A stretch of DNA of 64,000 nt, taken from contig JBHGNT010000006.1 of the NCBI GenBank assembly GCA_043228905.1, positions 620,001 through 684,000 on the forward strand, written 5' to 3'. Positions 42,034 to 56,001 of the stretch are shown here, piece by piece (within the stretch, counting starts at the first letter, position 1; each line of letters starts with the position of its first letter). The stretch comes from Azolla caroliniana. Taxonomy: Eukaryota; Plantae; Polypodiophyta. The position numbers and the translations under genes are program-made. The notes under the pieces are model-generated. The model made no database searches and was not told the origin of the DNA. It saw nothing but the letters and a program-made list of their open reading frames with translations.

Positions 42034-43174
42034 ATGGCACACGGTAATGTTAACATCATCAAAAGCATTGACGAGTGGGAAATAAAGCTTGTCGAGGCAA
42101 AGACCTCCAATCGAGTGGTAAATTAAATCCTCGGCCTTAACCAACTACAATTTAGGAATGAACGAGCTCAGAAATTATGTGGGAAAACACCATACAGTAG
42201 GAAATTAGTGACGAATCTATATATCTTTCATACCCATATCCCTCCTCATACATATACAGTTATTTACGTTACTTGTTTAGTGACAGTGCATTATGCTTTT
42301 GAAGATATGTAGTTTGTTTTGTACAAAAAATTTAAAATCTATTTTGAGTGTCAACAAGAACATATTTTTCGCCCACAAGATTTTTTTTGAAAACGTTCCT
42401 TTATGATTTCAAGTGGGGTTGACCAGGGGCATTTGTGGGATATCAGGAACTTAGGAACAGTTTAGGAAATAAAGAAAAGCGAAGGGGTATTTTAGACATG
42501 TTATCTAATTTGTGATGTATCATACCCACATTTGACCAGAAAGTACATGGAAACCATTTTTCTTAACTGTAATATAACATCAATGATGATTTATTCATGT
42601 TAAGGTTTGACATGAATGGTACTATGGCAATTGATTATGCTTCATAACATTCAACTTGGCCTTGATCTATATATTCCTCTGACTGTGCAGTTGGTGGTTG
42701 ACTTCATGGCAATTGCGTAGCATTATGTTTCATAACATTGACAACTTGACCTTTATCTATATATTCATCTGACTGTGCAGTTGGTGGTTGACTTCACGGC
42801 TTCTTGGTGTGGACCTTGCCAGTTCATTGCTCCCATCTTTGCTGAGTTGTCTCAGAAGTACCACAATGTGGTGTTTGTGAAAGTGGACGTGGATGAATTG
42901 ACAGTAAGAGTTTGTGTTCTTCATGATTATAGTAAAATGTTTTCAACCCTAGCCAGGGAGATTTGGAAGGCATTTACCCTAGTAGGGCTTGATGGTGTAA
43001 CTGTCTATTTTGTTTTGTTAGGATATAAGCTCTCAATTCGAAGTTCGGGCAATGCCGACATTTGTGTTCATTGAGAATGGAGCTGCTATTGATAGGATCG
43101 TAGGAGCCAATGCAGTTGAGCTTGAGAACAAGGTCAAGCACTTTGATGCAAAGTATGCTCCACAAACTGAATGA
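42034..43174 (+). CDS. TRXH: Thioredoxin h-type, 119 aa
   Basis: Exons 42034-42117, 42781-42903, 43022-43174. [12 protein letters not shown] active site, KVDVDEL, VRAMPTF, IVGAN. Probable 5'UTR intron 41332-42027. Confidence 0.95.
42622..42800 (+). repeat. 90-bp tandem duplication spanning the thioredoxin exon-2 acceptor
   Basis: tctgactgtgcAG|ttggtggttgacttca occurs with AG ending at 42690 and at 42780. Confidence 0.92.
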
Positions 43175-43805
43175 TTGCTTTAAGGATATTATAGCCTGTG
43201 AAATAAGGTTGCAAAAACTAAACCTTATGAAGATTGTTCTATTACAGTGCAAACCTTTACTCTATGGATAATAATACCTCTATGAACAATGGATCATAAC
43301 ATTTTGTATATTTTTTCTAGCTTCTATTTTGCATTTCTATAAAATAGAATCATACGATTCTGTACTCATGCAGTGTAGTGTAAGTTGTTTAATTGGTTAC
43401 TGTTAATGTTGAAAATGTCGTCTTTATTGTACAGACTAACATACCTTGCTCTATTCATTCATCAGCTGAAAAAATGTGGAAAGTTGTTCATATAATAGGA
43501 TTACATATAGCAAGTAGGATAGAATTGTTCTGGTGTAACTTATCATTGAGTTAGTAATGTAGTGATGGTAGTTATGCGGAATGTAGTTTTTGTACCATTC
43601 ATTATCGTTTAAATATAGGTTTTGCTTATGCATATAGGTGCCATTTCTCATGCTATTCTTGCTACGTACATGTCCAGGTTATCAATCCATGGCTTTCTGG
43701 ACTATATTGCATTGATAATTTTTTGCATGTTTCTAAACTGATGTTGATCAAACTAGTAGCTGAATTTGGCCTTAGGTTGCAAGAGGCTTCAACCGTCACC
43801 ATCAG

Positions 43806-43921
43806 AAAGAGATCAACCACTAAAGAGATCAATATATAAACTTTAACCTCTAATTAAAGATACAAAGAGATCAACCACTAAAGAGATCAATCTATAAACT
43901 TTAACCTCTAATTAAAGATAT
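43806..43921. repeat. 58-bp tandem duplication
   Basis: aaagagatcaaccactaaagagatcaat.tataaactttaacctctaattaaagata x2. Confidence 0.9.
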
Positions 43922-44959
43922 GGCATCCATAAGAATCACAAATTTGTACACCAATCCCTAGCCCAAAAAGTGTCTTTAGACTAGAGAAATTTTTTGGCAC
44001 AATTTGTAGAGGTATTTCAGTGAAGTAATATATCTTATCTTATCTAAATCTTAAATGAAATCTTATTGTAGGGATCACTTCAAATATTAATAAGGAAGAA
44101 AACAATGAGAGGTGAAAGTTGTCATTAAAGGTTGGGAAACTCTTCCGCAAACACTATGATACAATAAAAGGACATTGCAAGGTTTTTTATCTCATTGATT
44201 TAAGGAACCCATTCTCTATGAAAAGGAAACATGACACAATTAATATACAAACTATGAAATAAAAACTTCAGGATCCAAATTTGTTCATGGGTACTACACA
44301 TTGGATAACGTATCAATTCACACCCTTATAAGTGAGGAATAAAAGTCCTTGCATTTCCTTGCAAGTGGGAAATTTTGCTGTATATTATAAGATAAGTATG
44401 AAATAGAAGTTGGTTTAAGCCTAAGCCTTTGTTAAGCATAATTTAATACTTTGAGGATGATTGTTTTACGTTCCAGTACTATGGTTTGAAAATTAAATAA
44501 TAGATGGAGGAACAAGGGTTTTATAAAGAGTCGTCACTTCATCAATATCCACTTCAAAACTATATTCTAGTGCTTGTGATATTAGTTCAGGTTTTCTGTA
44601 ATGTTTACGTGTCTAAATGCAGCTCCATGATTTGGATAATATTGAAATTTCAAATGGTGTATACACTTTGCTAACCCACACCTTCGAGGGATTTTGCTTA
44701 GTTTGCAATTATATATTGTGGTAAATTGTCCTCAATCCTTTGTCAATCCTTTGTCCTCTTGAAATATGTCGAAGACTCGAAACAAAGATAATCAAAATTT
44801 GATTTGTAAAGCCCCTTCTCTACATTGCGTTTTTAGGGTTTCCTTGTCTTGCATTTTTAGGAATTTTTTCTGTCGGAGTTCATGGGTTTGTGTTGCAATT
44901 CAATTGTATTTTAGTGTTTGCTTTTTCTTAGAGTTTATGATCCAATTGCATGTCGGGGT

Positions 44960-46292
44960 TTCTTTTCTCTTCTTCCCTAATGCACACGAAGCCGCATGAA
45001 GTCCATCAAACAAGACCTGCGAAGTTGTTGTGTTACCCCATGAAGTCCATCAAACAAGACCCCTTTTCTCATGGTCCAATTAAACCACATCTCCCAATAT
45101 CTGAGGTAGTCAAACACAACCTTATGTGATGGTGCAGGCATAGCTTTATCCTTATCAATAAAAACCCAGTTATAAGGCGACAAAATATTTCGAGTTATTG
45201 GTGCCCAAATTTGTGATATAATCACCCAAATGGCTTTAGCAACCGGACATGTAATGAACCTATGTCTGGCATCTTCTTCAAACATTGTATAGAAAAAACA
45301 TGTCCCATATGAAATATGTCTTCGTTTTAAGGCCATTGATAAAGACAATGCACCAACTAAAGCACGCCAAAGAAACACCTTTGCACGAAATGGAAGATGA
45401 GACTACCACCCCCCATCTGAAACTCTACGCCACCACTTTACATGTCGAGTAATATACCATGTATCCAAAATCTTATTCGCTAACCAAGATCTATCTTCAA
45501 CCAACTTATGGTACACATCATTAGTGTGCACCATTAAAATCGATTTCCCAATACCAAATGACCAATCTTTCCATGGGTCCTCGACCACCAACTCTGGAAT
45601 CGAGAAATCTAATCGAGGCAATCCCAATATTGATGGCCAAATATGCCATATCCACGTGGCACATGAAACTTATGTCTGATTGTCTGAAAGGCCACCATTT
45701 TCATACGTGACTCTAATATACCATCTTCCACAGTTACCAAGCCTAGCCTTGCCATTTGATTGAACTATGAATTTAGGCTTTCCTTTCGATCCTCGTGTAA
45801 TATCCTTGAAGTTGCCAACACCTTTGTTGCCAAGGAATTTATATCTTTTCTACACTCAGGAGGCCTCCAATCAAACAAACTCAAACATTGTTGCCAAGAA
45901 AGCACCAATTGTTGAACCATAATAGATTCTGAACATTTAAATGCTCGGGTACAATTAACAATATGCCACCAGGAAGTTGTAATTCTCATTTTCCCATGAT
46001 ATATACCAACCTTTTCCAAAAAATAACTAATTATTTCTGCCCAAGGTTGGGTACCTATGCACATACCTTTCAAAAGATAGAATCTTCGCGCCACCATATG
46101 GTCTTCTAAATTTAGTAACGCAACTACCCCTAATTGTTTTGGGGTACAAATATTGTTCCATGATATCCAACTCATACCAAGTTTTGTTTCTTTCTTCTAG
46201 TGTACATATTAATGAGCTAAATGATCAAGTGATTTCTTTGTCCATGGTAATAATGACAAAAAATAAAAAATCATTGGAATAATTATAGCTTG
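44960..46292 (-). mobile_element. Decayed LINE ORF2, C-terminal part
   Basis: WISWNNICTPKQLG..L, zf-RVT-like EEDARHRFITCPVAKAIW, W..W..R...LF. The frame continues across the copia insertion (CLKVVQ|AIIIPM). Confidence 0.8.
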
Positions 46293-46748
46293 TGTTGAGA
46301 ATCAAGCTCAACCTAGTCTAGTGTGTGAACACCCTTTTGAGAATCTATTAGCACTCAAAGGTCAAAAGTCACCACTACTTTCTACACATTAACTACGTGT
46401 AACAGAATCATACTCTATGACACATTACTAACGAGTTGCATATTCCCCAAGGTTCTAGAGAGAGAGTGGGCGTTTTAGTGGGAGAATGTAGAGAGAGGGT
46501 GACCTTATATAAAGCGCCCTCCTCCTACTTTGTGATGTGTCGATTAATCTCCTTTGTAATATTCATATTGTTGTAGTTGTTCTCCACTTCCTAATATGTA
46601 TACATCTTCTTGAATATTTCTTTTTTCCTATCTATCGATCTATCTATCTTGTGTTTCTCTCCTCTCCTCTCCTTTGTCCACATACACACACACATAACAC
46701 AAATCCTTAATCTATTCCACTGCATAGAATCACACTCAATTCTTTACA
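46293..46748 (+). repeat. Copia 5' LTR
   Basis: tgttgagaatc...tctttaca, followed by the PBS. Confidence 0.9.
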
Positions 46749-46857
46749 TGGTATCAACGCGATTTGGTATCTCGAACTAGCCTATCCTCATGTGTTGTGT
46801 CTACGCGGATGATTCAAGGAAATCCGGCTCATCGCAATCGTAATGTCACTACATAGC

Positions 46858-47637
46858 TGACGGGAACCGAACGTTCCTTATGCGCAAGGCTCGGCCACAA
46901 CCGAGCTTCTTTACATACGCAGAAAACGGGAAACAAATGCACGACACGAAGTGAGAGGAGATACACACACACTACACAGGAGGTTTACGTGGAAAACCCC
47001 AAACTAGGGGAAAAAACCACGGCAGTCCACAGGCTACAAACTGTCACTATGTAAGAATGTACAAAACAGTGAGTCCACGGAGGCAACGACCTCGTGCTCA
47101 CAATCTTCGCCACTGACGGCGGTTACAACAGAGGCAACGACCTCGATCTCTCTCTCTCTCTCTCTGTGTATAGTTACGCACTCTAATTTCGTGCAAAACA
47201 GAAAATGACCACCACTAAAAGTTTGCCCTAAGTCATATTTATACTAATATGACTTTTCGGCTATTTACAAATATAGCCAAGATGGGCTCTCAGAAACATA
47301 TTTACGAATATGTCTCTCACACCGGGCTTGCACCATCCGGCTCTCCGTAGCCGGGCACTACTCATCCGGTTCACACCGTGCCTGCACCATCCGGCTCTCC
47401 GTAGCCGGGTACTACTCATCCGGTTCACACCGGGCCTGCACCATCCGGCTCTCCGTAGCCGGGTACTACTCATCCGGTTCACACTGGGCCTGTATCATCC
47501 GGCTCTCCGTAGCCAGGTACTCCTCATCCGGTTCACACCGGGCCTGTATCATCCGGCTCTTCGTAGCCGGGTACTCCTCATACCATCTTCGGCACTGTTC
47601 TTCTCCCTTCCCATCCGGAGGGACCTGTCTCCCAACA
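46858..47637 (-). mobile_element. Solo LTR (different family) nested in the copia leader
   Basis: TG...CA, 780 bp, perfect 5-bp TSD ATAGC (46853-46857 / 47638-47642). Orientation inferred from TGTTGG on the minus strand. Confidence 0.85.
47318..47582. repeat. 54-bp tandem repeat x5 inside the solo LTR
   Basis: Unit cacaccgggcctgcaccatccggctctccgtagccgggtactactcatccggtt. Confidence 0.95.
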
Positions 47638-48906
47638 ATAGCTTGTGTCCAAGAGAGAAGAAAAAGGAAGAAATCTACATCGACCACCATGAATACTCAA
47701 ATGGGCAACACTCTTCCCTTTAAGAAGTTGGATCGAAAAAACTTTGCACCTTGGGAGTACAAGATGCACCAATACCTTGTCGGTCAAGGTTATTGGAGCT
47801 ACATCAAAGGAGCACAAGAAAATAAACTTGACCCAAAGGATGCCAACTCAACATGGGAGCAAGCGGCAAGCCCAATAATGTATTGCTTGGCAACATGTGT
47901 CCATGACCACATGCTTGGCTACATTCGGGAAGCCAAGACATTGAAAGAAGCTTTGGAGAATCTCAAGAGAATATTCGCCGCCAATACGACGGCATGAAAG
48001 CTTCAACCCCGCCAAGAGTTGACCAATATCAAACAAAGGGATATGTCCATCACAAGCTGCACCTTGAAGATCAAGGAGCTTTATGACTCACTTGGCTCAA
48101 TAAGCACCAATGTGGAGGATGATGAGATGGTGCAAATATGCCTAGGCGGCTTCGCACCACGGTTCAGCGTGATGAGAACCACCGTTCTAGCAAGGGTGAA
48201 TCCTCCCTCTTTCTTCGATCTTCAATCAATGTTATTGGTTGAAGACCCGTTGAAGAAAACCATGTTCGAACTAAGACCAACATCTCAGAAGGTCAAATGC
48301 TCTACACACACTTGAATGGAGGAAGAGAATGCGGTCGACCAAGAAGAGGCCGATTCGGCCAAGGACGGGGCGGGCGAGGTCCGACCTATGAAAACAAATC
48401 CTAATTTCGGCAAGAAAACGAAAACAACCGAGGAACATTCGGAAGAAGGGGGAGCTTCCAGGTACCAACTATCACGAAGAATTTGGTCTTAGTTAGCCAA
48501 ATTGTGGAGCAGGGGATGCAAGTCCGTTTCAACCATGCAGGTTGCTTCATTGAGAAAGAGGGCCGACTCCTCGTTGGAGGATGAAGAGAGGGCCGAATGT
48601 TCATTCTCGATTCGCATGAGATGAAATAGGCCATGTTTGCAAAAGGCACCAAAGCCAATGCGGACATAGAGCTATGGCACAAAGAATCGATCTCCAAAAA
48701 CTCAAGGCGATGCAATCGAAAGGCGTCGTCATCGGGCTCCCGACCTTCAAAGAGAAAGAGATTGAAGACGTGTGTGCAGCCTATAAATTTGGCAAACAAC
48801 ATTGGTAACCATTTCCAAAGAGAGGAACATAAGCAAAGGGCTTCTGCATGTAATTCATTTTGACGTATGGGGACCGGCTCATACGGTTACATTCGGCGAA
48901 TGCTGA

Positions 48907-49400
48907 TATTATGTGACCTTTATCGACAACTTCTCTAGGCACACGTAGATCTTCCCCATGAGACAGAAGAGTGAAGTGTCTGCACACTTCCAAAAATTCA
49001 AAAGTGGAGTCGAAAAGGAAACATATCAGCATGTTAGATGCCTTTGATCGGACGAAGGTAAGGAATACTTCTCCGATGTATTCACAACATACCTTCAACA
49101 AGAAGGAATCCGGTGAGAATTTTCATGTCGACATACACCACAACAGAACAAAGTATTACGTGACCTTTATCGACAACTTCTCTAGGCACACGTAGATCTT
49201 CCCCATGAGACAGAAGAGTGAAGTGTCTGCACACTTCCAAAAATTCAAAAGTGGAGTTGAAAAGGAAACATGTCAGCATGTTAGATGCCTTTGATCGGAC
49301 GAAGGTAAGTAATACTTCTCCGATGTATTCACAACATACCTTCAACAAGAAGGAATCCGGCGAGAATTTTCATGTCGACATACACCACAACAGAACAAAG
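48907..49400. repeat. 247-bp tandem duplication in copia integrase
   Basis: 48907-49153 / 49154-49400; also visible as duplicated ORF translations. Confidence 0.95.
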
Positions 49401-49780
49401 TAGCAGAACGAAAGAATCGACACATCCTCGAAGTAGCACGGGCTATGCTTAATGAAACATACATGCCGAAGTCTTATTAGGCCGAAACAACATGCACAAC
49501 CATCTATCTAATGAACCGATGCACGACATCCAACGTGCATGAACTTACCCCTCACAAGAAGTAATATGGATAGAAATCGGATCTATCCCATGTAAGGATA
49601 TTCGGTTCTATTGCATATATACACATTCCCGACGAAAAGTGGCAAAAGCTAGATCCCAAGTCGGAGAAATGTATCCTCGTAGGATACTCATTAGAGCAAA
49701 AGCAGTACAAATGCTTCAACTCCTCTACTTGGAAGGTTCATGTAAGTCGGGACGTCGTCTTTGACGAATTGGCATCATGG

Positions 49781-50224
49781 TGTAAAGAATAGGATATGAT
49801 TCTTGTACAGTGGCGGAAGAGATGTGTGTTATGTGTGAGAGAAGAGAAACACAAGATAGATAAGCTAGAAAAATGAAATACTCAAGAAGAAGAAGATGTA
49901 TATTCACAAGTAAAATAGCAAATACAAAATGCTGCATTACAAGGAGTCACAACTGACTTTGTATGAATTAGGAGAAGGGTGCTTTATATAAGGTCACCCT
50001 CTCTCTCTCTTCGTTAACTCACTACAACAACTACTCTCTCTTGGGGAATGTGAAGACTCATAGTCATGGGGAATATGGAACTAATTAGTTGTGTCATAGA
50101 ATATGATTCTATGCCACATAGTTAATGTGTAGAGAGTAGTGGTGTGACTCTTGACCTTTGAGTGATCATAGATTCTCAAAGGGTGTGTTGACACACTAGA
50201 GTAGGTTGAGCTTGATTCTCAACA
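49781..50224 (-). mobile_element. Solo LTR related to the host copia LTRs, inverted
   Basis: Reverse complement begins tgttgagaatcaagctcaaccta and ends tctttaca, like the host LTR. Perfect TSD CATGG (49776-49780 / 50225-50229). Confidence 0.92.
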
Positions 50225-52380
50225 CATGGTACAAACCTGAGCCGACTCCTACCAAACCATTTCCAACCAACCTTGACGACATAGAGGACAATGATCAGCT
50301 AAGGTCAATACCCGAGGAGAGTCTGATCTCAACCAAATTGAGCGGACCACAAGAGCCTCCAAGCAAGCAAAACATGTCACAACCAAGTTAGAAATTGGAC
50401 AAAGGAAAGGCAAAAATGCCAGAATATGAAGACTATCAATCTGATGACAACGAATCAACTCACTCACTCGACAATGAGCTTAGTGGCTTTGATGTGCCTA
50501 TTACGAGGACACCTAGTAGAAAGCCACTGCCATAACAAATGAAAAACTCCAACGCTCCACCCGTGAGAAGAATCCAGTTAGTTGATTTGGCTATAACCAC
50601 CACATGGCATACCACTATGCCTTTATGATGAAGGTGGTAGTCGTTCGTGAACTGTAAAGGTTTACCGAAGCCACTAAAGATCTGCTATTGGTCGAAGCAA
50701 TCCATGAGGAGATGCAAGCTCTTAGTAAGAACGAGACATGGGATTTCGTTCCTTACTCACCTCACAAAGTCAATCGGTTGTAGATGGATATTCGGGGTGA
50801 AGTATAATGCCGACGGCCTTGTCAATCGCTATAAAGCCCAACTTGTAGCGAAAGGATATGCAGAGAGACATGGAGTCGACTATGAAGAGACCTTTGCCCT
50901 AGTGGCCAAGATGATGATTGTTTGAACCATGATTGCTCTTACAACAACAAAAGGGTGGCACCTCCACCATATGGACATAAAGAATGCCTTCGTCCAACAC
51001 GAATTAGAAGAGGTGTACATGGTTCAACCACCTAGCTTCGAATCCAGGAACCATCGGAAAGTAGTTTGTCAACTCAAGAAGCCACTCTACGGCCTTAAGC
51101 AAGCGCCACATGCTTGACATTCGAAGATAACACAATATCTTATCAAATTAGCTTTAGAATGTCAAAATCCAACAACTCCATCTGGAAGTTTGATTGTCAT
51201 CATCCTATACGTGGATAATCTAGTCATTAGAGTTGAGCATCTAGTCAACATCAACAAGATCAAGACCCTCCTCTCTGGAAAATTCGAGACGACGGACATG
51301 AAAGAGCTCCATTACTTCCTAGGCATCAAGGTAATTCGGTCTCCATGCAGCATTATGATCTCCCAATAACATTACATCCTCAACTTATTATATAAGTTCG
51401 AGATGACTGAGTGTAAGTCTGCGAAAATCCCTCTCGATCAAAACCTAAAGCTAGTTGCCGACTCTGGCACAAAAGAGTGTGAGCCAACTATCAACAACTT
51501 ATTGGAAGCCTCATTTACCTCATGGTCACTCGACCTTACCTCAACTATCCAAACAGCCTCCTTAGCCAATTCATGCAAACTCCACGAGATATTCATTTAG
51601 ATTGTGCTAAGCGAGTGTTACGATACATGAGTGGAACAATGGACTATTGAATTCTCTATAAGTTGGCCAGGACAATTCGACTCGAAGGATATACAGATGT
51701 CGATTGGGCAGGCCATGGAGCTGATCGATGATTGACCTCAGGATTTGTCTTCTCTCTCGGAAGTGGAGCCATCTCCTGGAGTAGCAAGAAGTAGCCGATT
51801 GTAGCACTTTCAAGCACAGAGGCCGAATATAGGGGCACGACTATGGTTGCATGTGAAGTCGTTTGGCAGAAGAGAATATTGAAACATGTAGGCATTCCCA
51901 TCAAGGATCCAATTCCCCTTTAATGCGACAATATGAGTAGTATTCATTTGGCTTTCAACCCGGTGGTCCACATGTGCATGAAGCATATTGAAATACACCA
52001 TCATTTCATCTGAGAGCCCGCTCAAGCTGGAGATGTCGACCTTCAACATATCAACACGAAACTTTAGACAACTGACATCTTCACCAAAGCCCTAGGAGCC
52101 GACGAGCTTCGACAATTCATGTGAAACCTTGGACTGATGATCCTTGACTTGCCAAGCTTGCGGGGGAGTTCAAGAGAGAATCAGATACCAATCGAAGCGG
52201 ACATCAGCTAAGATGGACACCATAGGAAGGCCGAAAGCCAAAAGCCTACCAAAGTTGAACTTGAGGGGGCGTGTTGAGAATCAAGCTCAACCTAGTCTAG
52301 TGTGTGAACACATCTTTTGAGAATCTATGAGCACTCAGGCCGAAAGCCGGAAGCTGACCAAAGTTGAGCTTGAGGGGTTG

Positions 52381-53002
<622 letters not shown>

Positions 53003-53290
53003 GGTTGTACCACTTTGAGACAAGTACTAAATGGCCATGCTTGAGACTTCCAATACATAAATTTGTCCAAAATGGTCCTCGATATCCAGTTCAAACTTTG
53101 CGATGACGAGATATCAACACCAATCGGATAACCTAAGTGGCGACAATCATTTCCTTGATCTAATATTTGGCCACCCCATCCAAGATCAACCAGATCATTG
53201 TTAGTGCATCTAATAAGCATCAACTTCCGCATATTTATATGTAATCCTAACGTCAATGCGGAAGAATGGCTAAGGACACCAACCAACAAC
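53003..53290 (-). mobile_element. Decayed LINE ORF2, RT-proximal part
   Basis: LGLHINMRKL, RHLGYPIG (cf. YLG.P) and KFMYWKSQ; joins the fragment at 46292. Confidence 0.75.
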
Positions 53291-54672
53291 CGTAGGAGGC
53301 TAAAACACTAATCAAATAGTTGGAAGAGCAGTTGCGGCCATCCAAAGTGGCTATCGATCCGAAGGGCCCCTCAACCGCTGAAGTACAAGTAATGCGGGAG
53401 GAGATCGAGGCACAACAAGCGATAACAAAGAAAGCGAAAAAGGTGGTAGCTAATGCTGAAACAGAAATCGATCGGCTCTAGTTTGAACTCTGACAATTGT
53501 TGGATAGAGATACAAGTGTGCCGGCCTCTGTTATTAAAGAAGGTGGAAATTAAAAATGATGAATAGTTATTATTATTATTAGCGGTTCACCCTCTGTTTG
53601 TAACCGCCCATGAGCCCTATAAAAAGGGACATGGAAAGCTTGTAAAAAATCTAATCGAATAGTCTTGTATCAACTTGTTTTTTATAATAGAAATATGTTT
53701 GTTGATACTTTGTCTCTGTGTTCTCTGTCGAAGTTTATCTATGTTGAGTTTTTCCTACACGTTCTGTATAGCGTATAAGTAACTGGTCGGTTGTAGCCGG
53801 CTCGGGTTCAATCTCCACAATCTCCACAATCTCCACAATCATAGTGTCACGTTTTTCCGTGCATGCGTGTAGAATAAGACGAGACCATGGGAGTCTTGGA
53901 CTAGGGAGTAGATGGGAAGACGGGTATGAGGAAAGTGGAAGAGATTGACACGGTAGAGAAAGTAGAAAGAGACAAGATTTATGAAGTTATGTATATTATG
54001 GGCATGAAAGCCGCAATGTGATTACAACCGCGGCCGCGTGGGTCGGGCTCAAAACATATGTAGAATGTAAACCCTAATCGGATAAATAAAGAAAGAGATG
54101 AAGAAACCTTGGAAGAAACCCTAAACCGAATAGAAACCCTTGACCTAAGTGGTATACCTTTTCTCACTCAAAATAGGCAACCCCTTCAATGGTGCCCCTT
54201 CCTCTCCTTTTATAGCATAAGGAGAGAAAACCGTTACAAAAAGGAGGGACTAAATATCCCCTTCATTCAATGGGGGGATATTTGCTTAGATTCTTGGAGG
54301 AGGGATCGATGGGGCCTTAACTCCCACTCCTCACACATACTACTGTGCCCATTACTCACCTCGTACTCTTATGTACCCCTCTCTTTCTCATGTGGATGTG
54401 CACATAAGTGCACATCACATTTACATTTTAGGAATCTTGTGGTGCATTTCTTACAATTTACCTTTGTTCTTATTAATATTTTACAAATACATTATGTGTG
54501 TGTGCAACGTTGCACACCCCGGTTTTGCTCACTCCGCTCGGTTTTCCCCCTATGGACGAAAATCTTCACAACATCCGCCCCCACCAAACCGCACATCCAC
54601 CGGTATGTGCCAAGAAGGGGAAAGAGGTGAGATTTTCGGTCATGGTCATCAACTGAGTCCTTAGTGTCCTTC

Positions 54673-56001
54673 TCAACTTTGCTCGACTTCATCTTCCACT
54701 TCGAGCATGCCCGTCCTTTCCACATGGACCACCGTAGCCTCTCGGTCCGCTGTACCCGCCGTATGCTCTCGAACCGTCGGCTCCATCTGATCCACCATAC
54801 TCGACGGAGTTCGCCGAACCACTGTCTTCGCACAATCCACTAGACCCGGTCTTCGCACACCTCTCGAAGTGGTGCTCCCCACTCTGTAGTCACTGGCCTC
54901 ATCCATGGCCGTCCATTCACCGCAAGACGAGAGGGTCGCTTGCTCCGCACCCTCTCCCTCGTTCTCCTCGTCCTCGTCTTGGTTGCCCGTTTTGCCGTCG
55001 CCACCTTTCGTCTCTCCGGTGTCACGTGGGCTCTCGGGGCCGACCACTGAAGTCTCTAGAATAGGTGTGGGAAAAGTCCCGGTACCATCCCTCACGGATG
55101 TCATGTTCGTAGCCTCCTTCGTTCGGACGCTGTGGTCCGTGGCTATCTCTTCCTCAATTCCGCAAGCCTCGATTATGCTTGCTACCTCCTCGTAGAATGT
55201 TTCGGGCAATCGCGTCTCGAAATTTACGCCCACTCTCGAAGTGGTGTTCATTGCTTCGTAGTTCCCGGCCTTATCCGTGGCCGTCCTTTTCCCGCAAGAT
55301 AAGAGGGTGGCTCGCTCCGCACCCTCTCCCATGTCACTGTTGTACGCTCTTTCGGCCTCCGCATAGGCCCCGTCCTTCGTGTGTAGGGAGGCGTCTTCCT
55401 CTGCATCCTCCGATCCTCTCGGGCCCGTCTCCATAGTAGACCCTTCTTCGGCTTCAATTTGTGCCTTCACGATCTTGTATGCTTCCCATACCAAGGCTTC
55501 GATGTCGAGCTCCACCAAACCATTCCGCAGGGAGCTTTCCTCTGTCGGCGGTGACGCGTAGTCACTCACCATCCTCCTTTCGTTGCCGCTTGCGGGCCGT
55601 GTTGCGGACGACCGCATCTTCTCATGTTGTTGGCATACCCTCTCTACCTTGTTCCAATCCTCGATGAGGCCATATGCCCCTTCATCGTCTTCGAGTTCGG
55701 ATAAAATGGCCATTCTCCCCTTTTCATTGACAACCTTTAAAAATAGTAGGACCTTGTCCGCCCCCACCAATCTTCGATCCCGGTCTGAGAGTTGAGCAAA
55801 ACGATGCTCGAACTCTTGGAATGCTTTCATTGCGCTTCGAGGAGCCTTCGCCGATGCTACCCATAGACCGAACTCGCGTCGATCATACTCGTATGCCTCG
55901 TCCCATCTTTCTCTTTGCCTTGCAAAATCCCTCACCATCCTCATCATTACTTCCGTGATGTCTTCTTCTTCCATCCTCTTTCTCCCTTGCCACCTATTCA
56001 T
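54673..56001 (-). CDS. Gag-like protein of the non-autonomous element (442 aa)
   Basis: FQEFEHRFAQLSDRDRRLVGADKVLLFLKVVNEKGR aligns with inner gag LWEFEECFARLSALDRTILDTSRVLLFVKSVDERDR. Acidic tail with an internal ~34-aa repeat; no CCHC. Confidence 0.75.
   Translation of the reverse strand: MNRWQGRKRMEEEDITEVMMRMVRDFARQRERWDEAYEYDRREFGLWVASAKAPRSAMKAFQEFEHRFAQLSDRDRRLVGADKVLLFLKVVNEKGRMAILSELEDDEGAYGLIEDWNKVERVCQQHEKMRSSATRPASGNERRMVSDYASPPTEESSLRNGLVELDIEALVWEAYKIVKAQIEAEEGSTMETGPRGSEDAEEDASLHTKDGAYAEAERAYNSDMGEGAERATLLSCGKRTATDKAGNYEAMNTTSRVGVNFETRLPETFYEEVASIIEACGIEEEIATDHSVRTKEATNMTSVRDGTGTFPTPILETSVVGPESPRDTGETKGGDGKTGNQDEDEENEGEGAEQATLSSCGEWTAMDEASDYRVGSTTSRGVRRPGLVDCAKTVVRRTPSSMVDQMEPTVREHTAGTADREATVVHVERTGMLEVEDEVEQS

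Noticed and set aside
47310-47723. Repeat protein ORF or CRISPR-like array
   Set aside because: Contiguous 54-bp units with no unique spacers, inside an LTR in a eukaryote; the ORF follows from the unit length being a multiple of 3.
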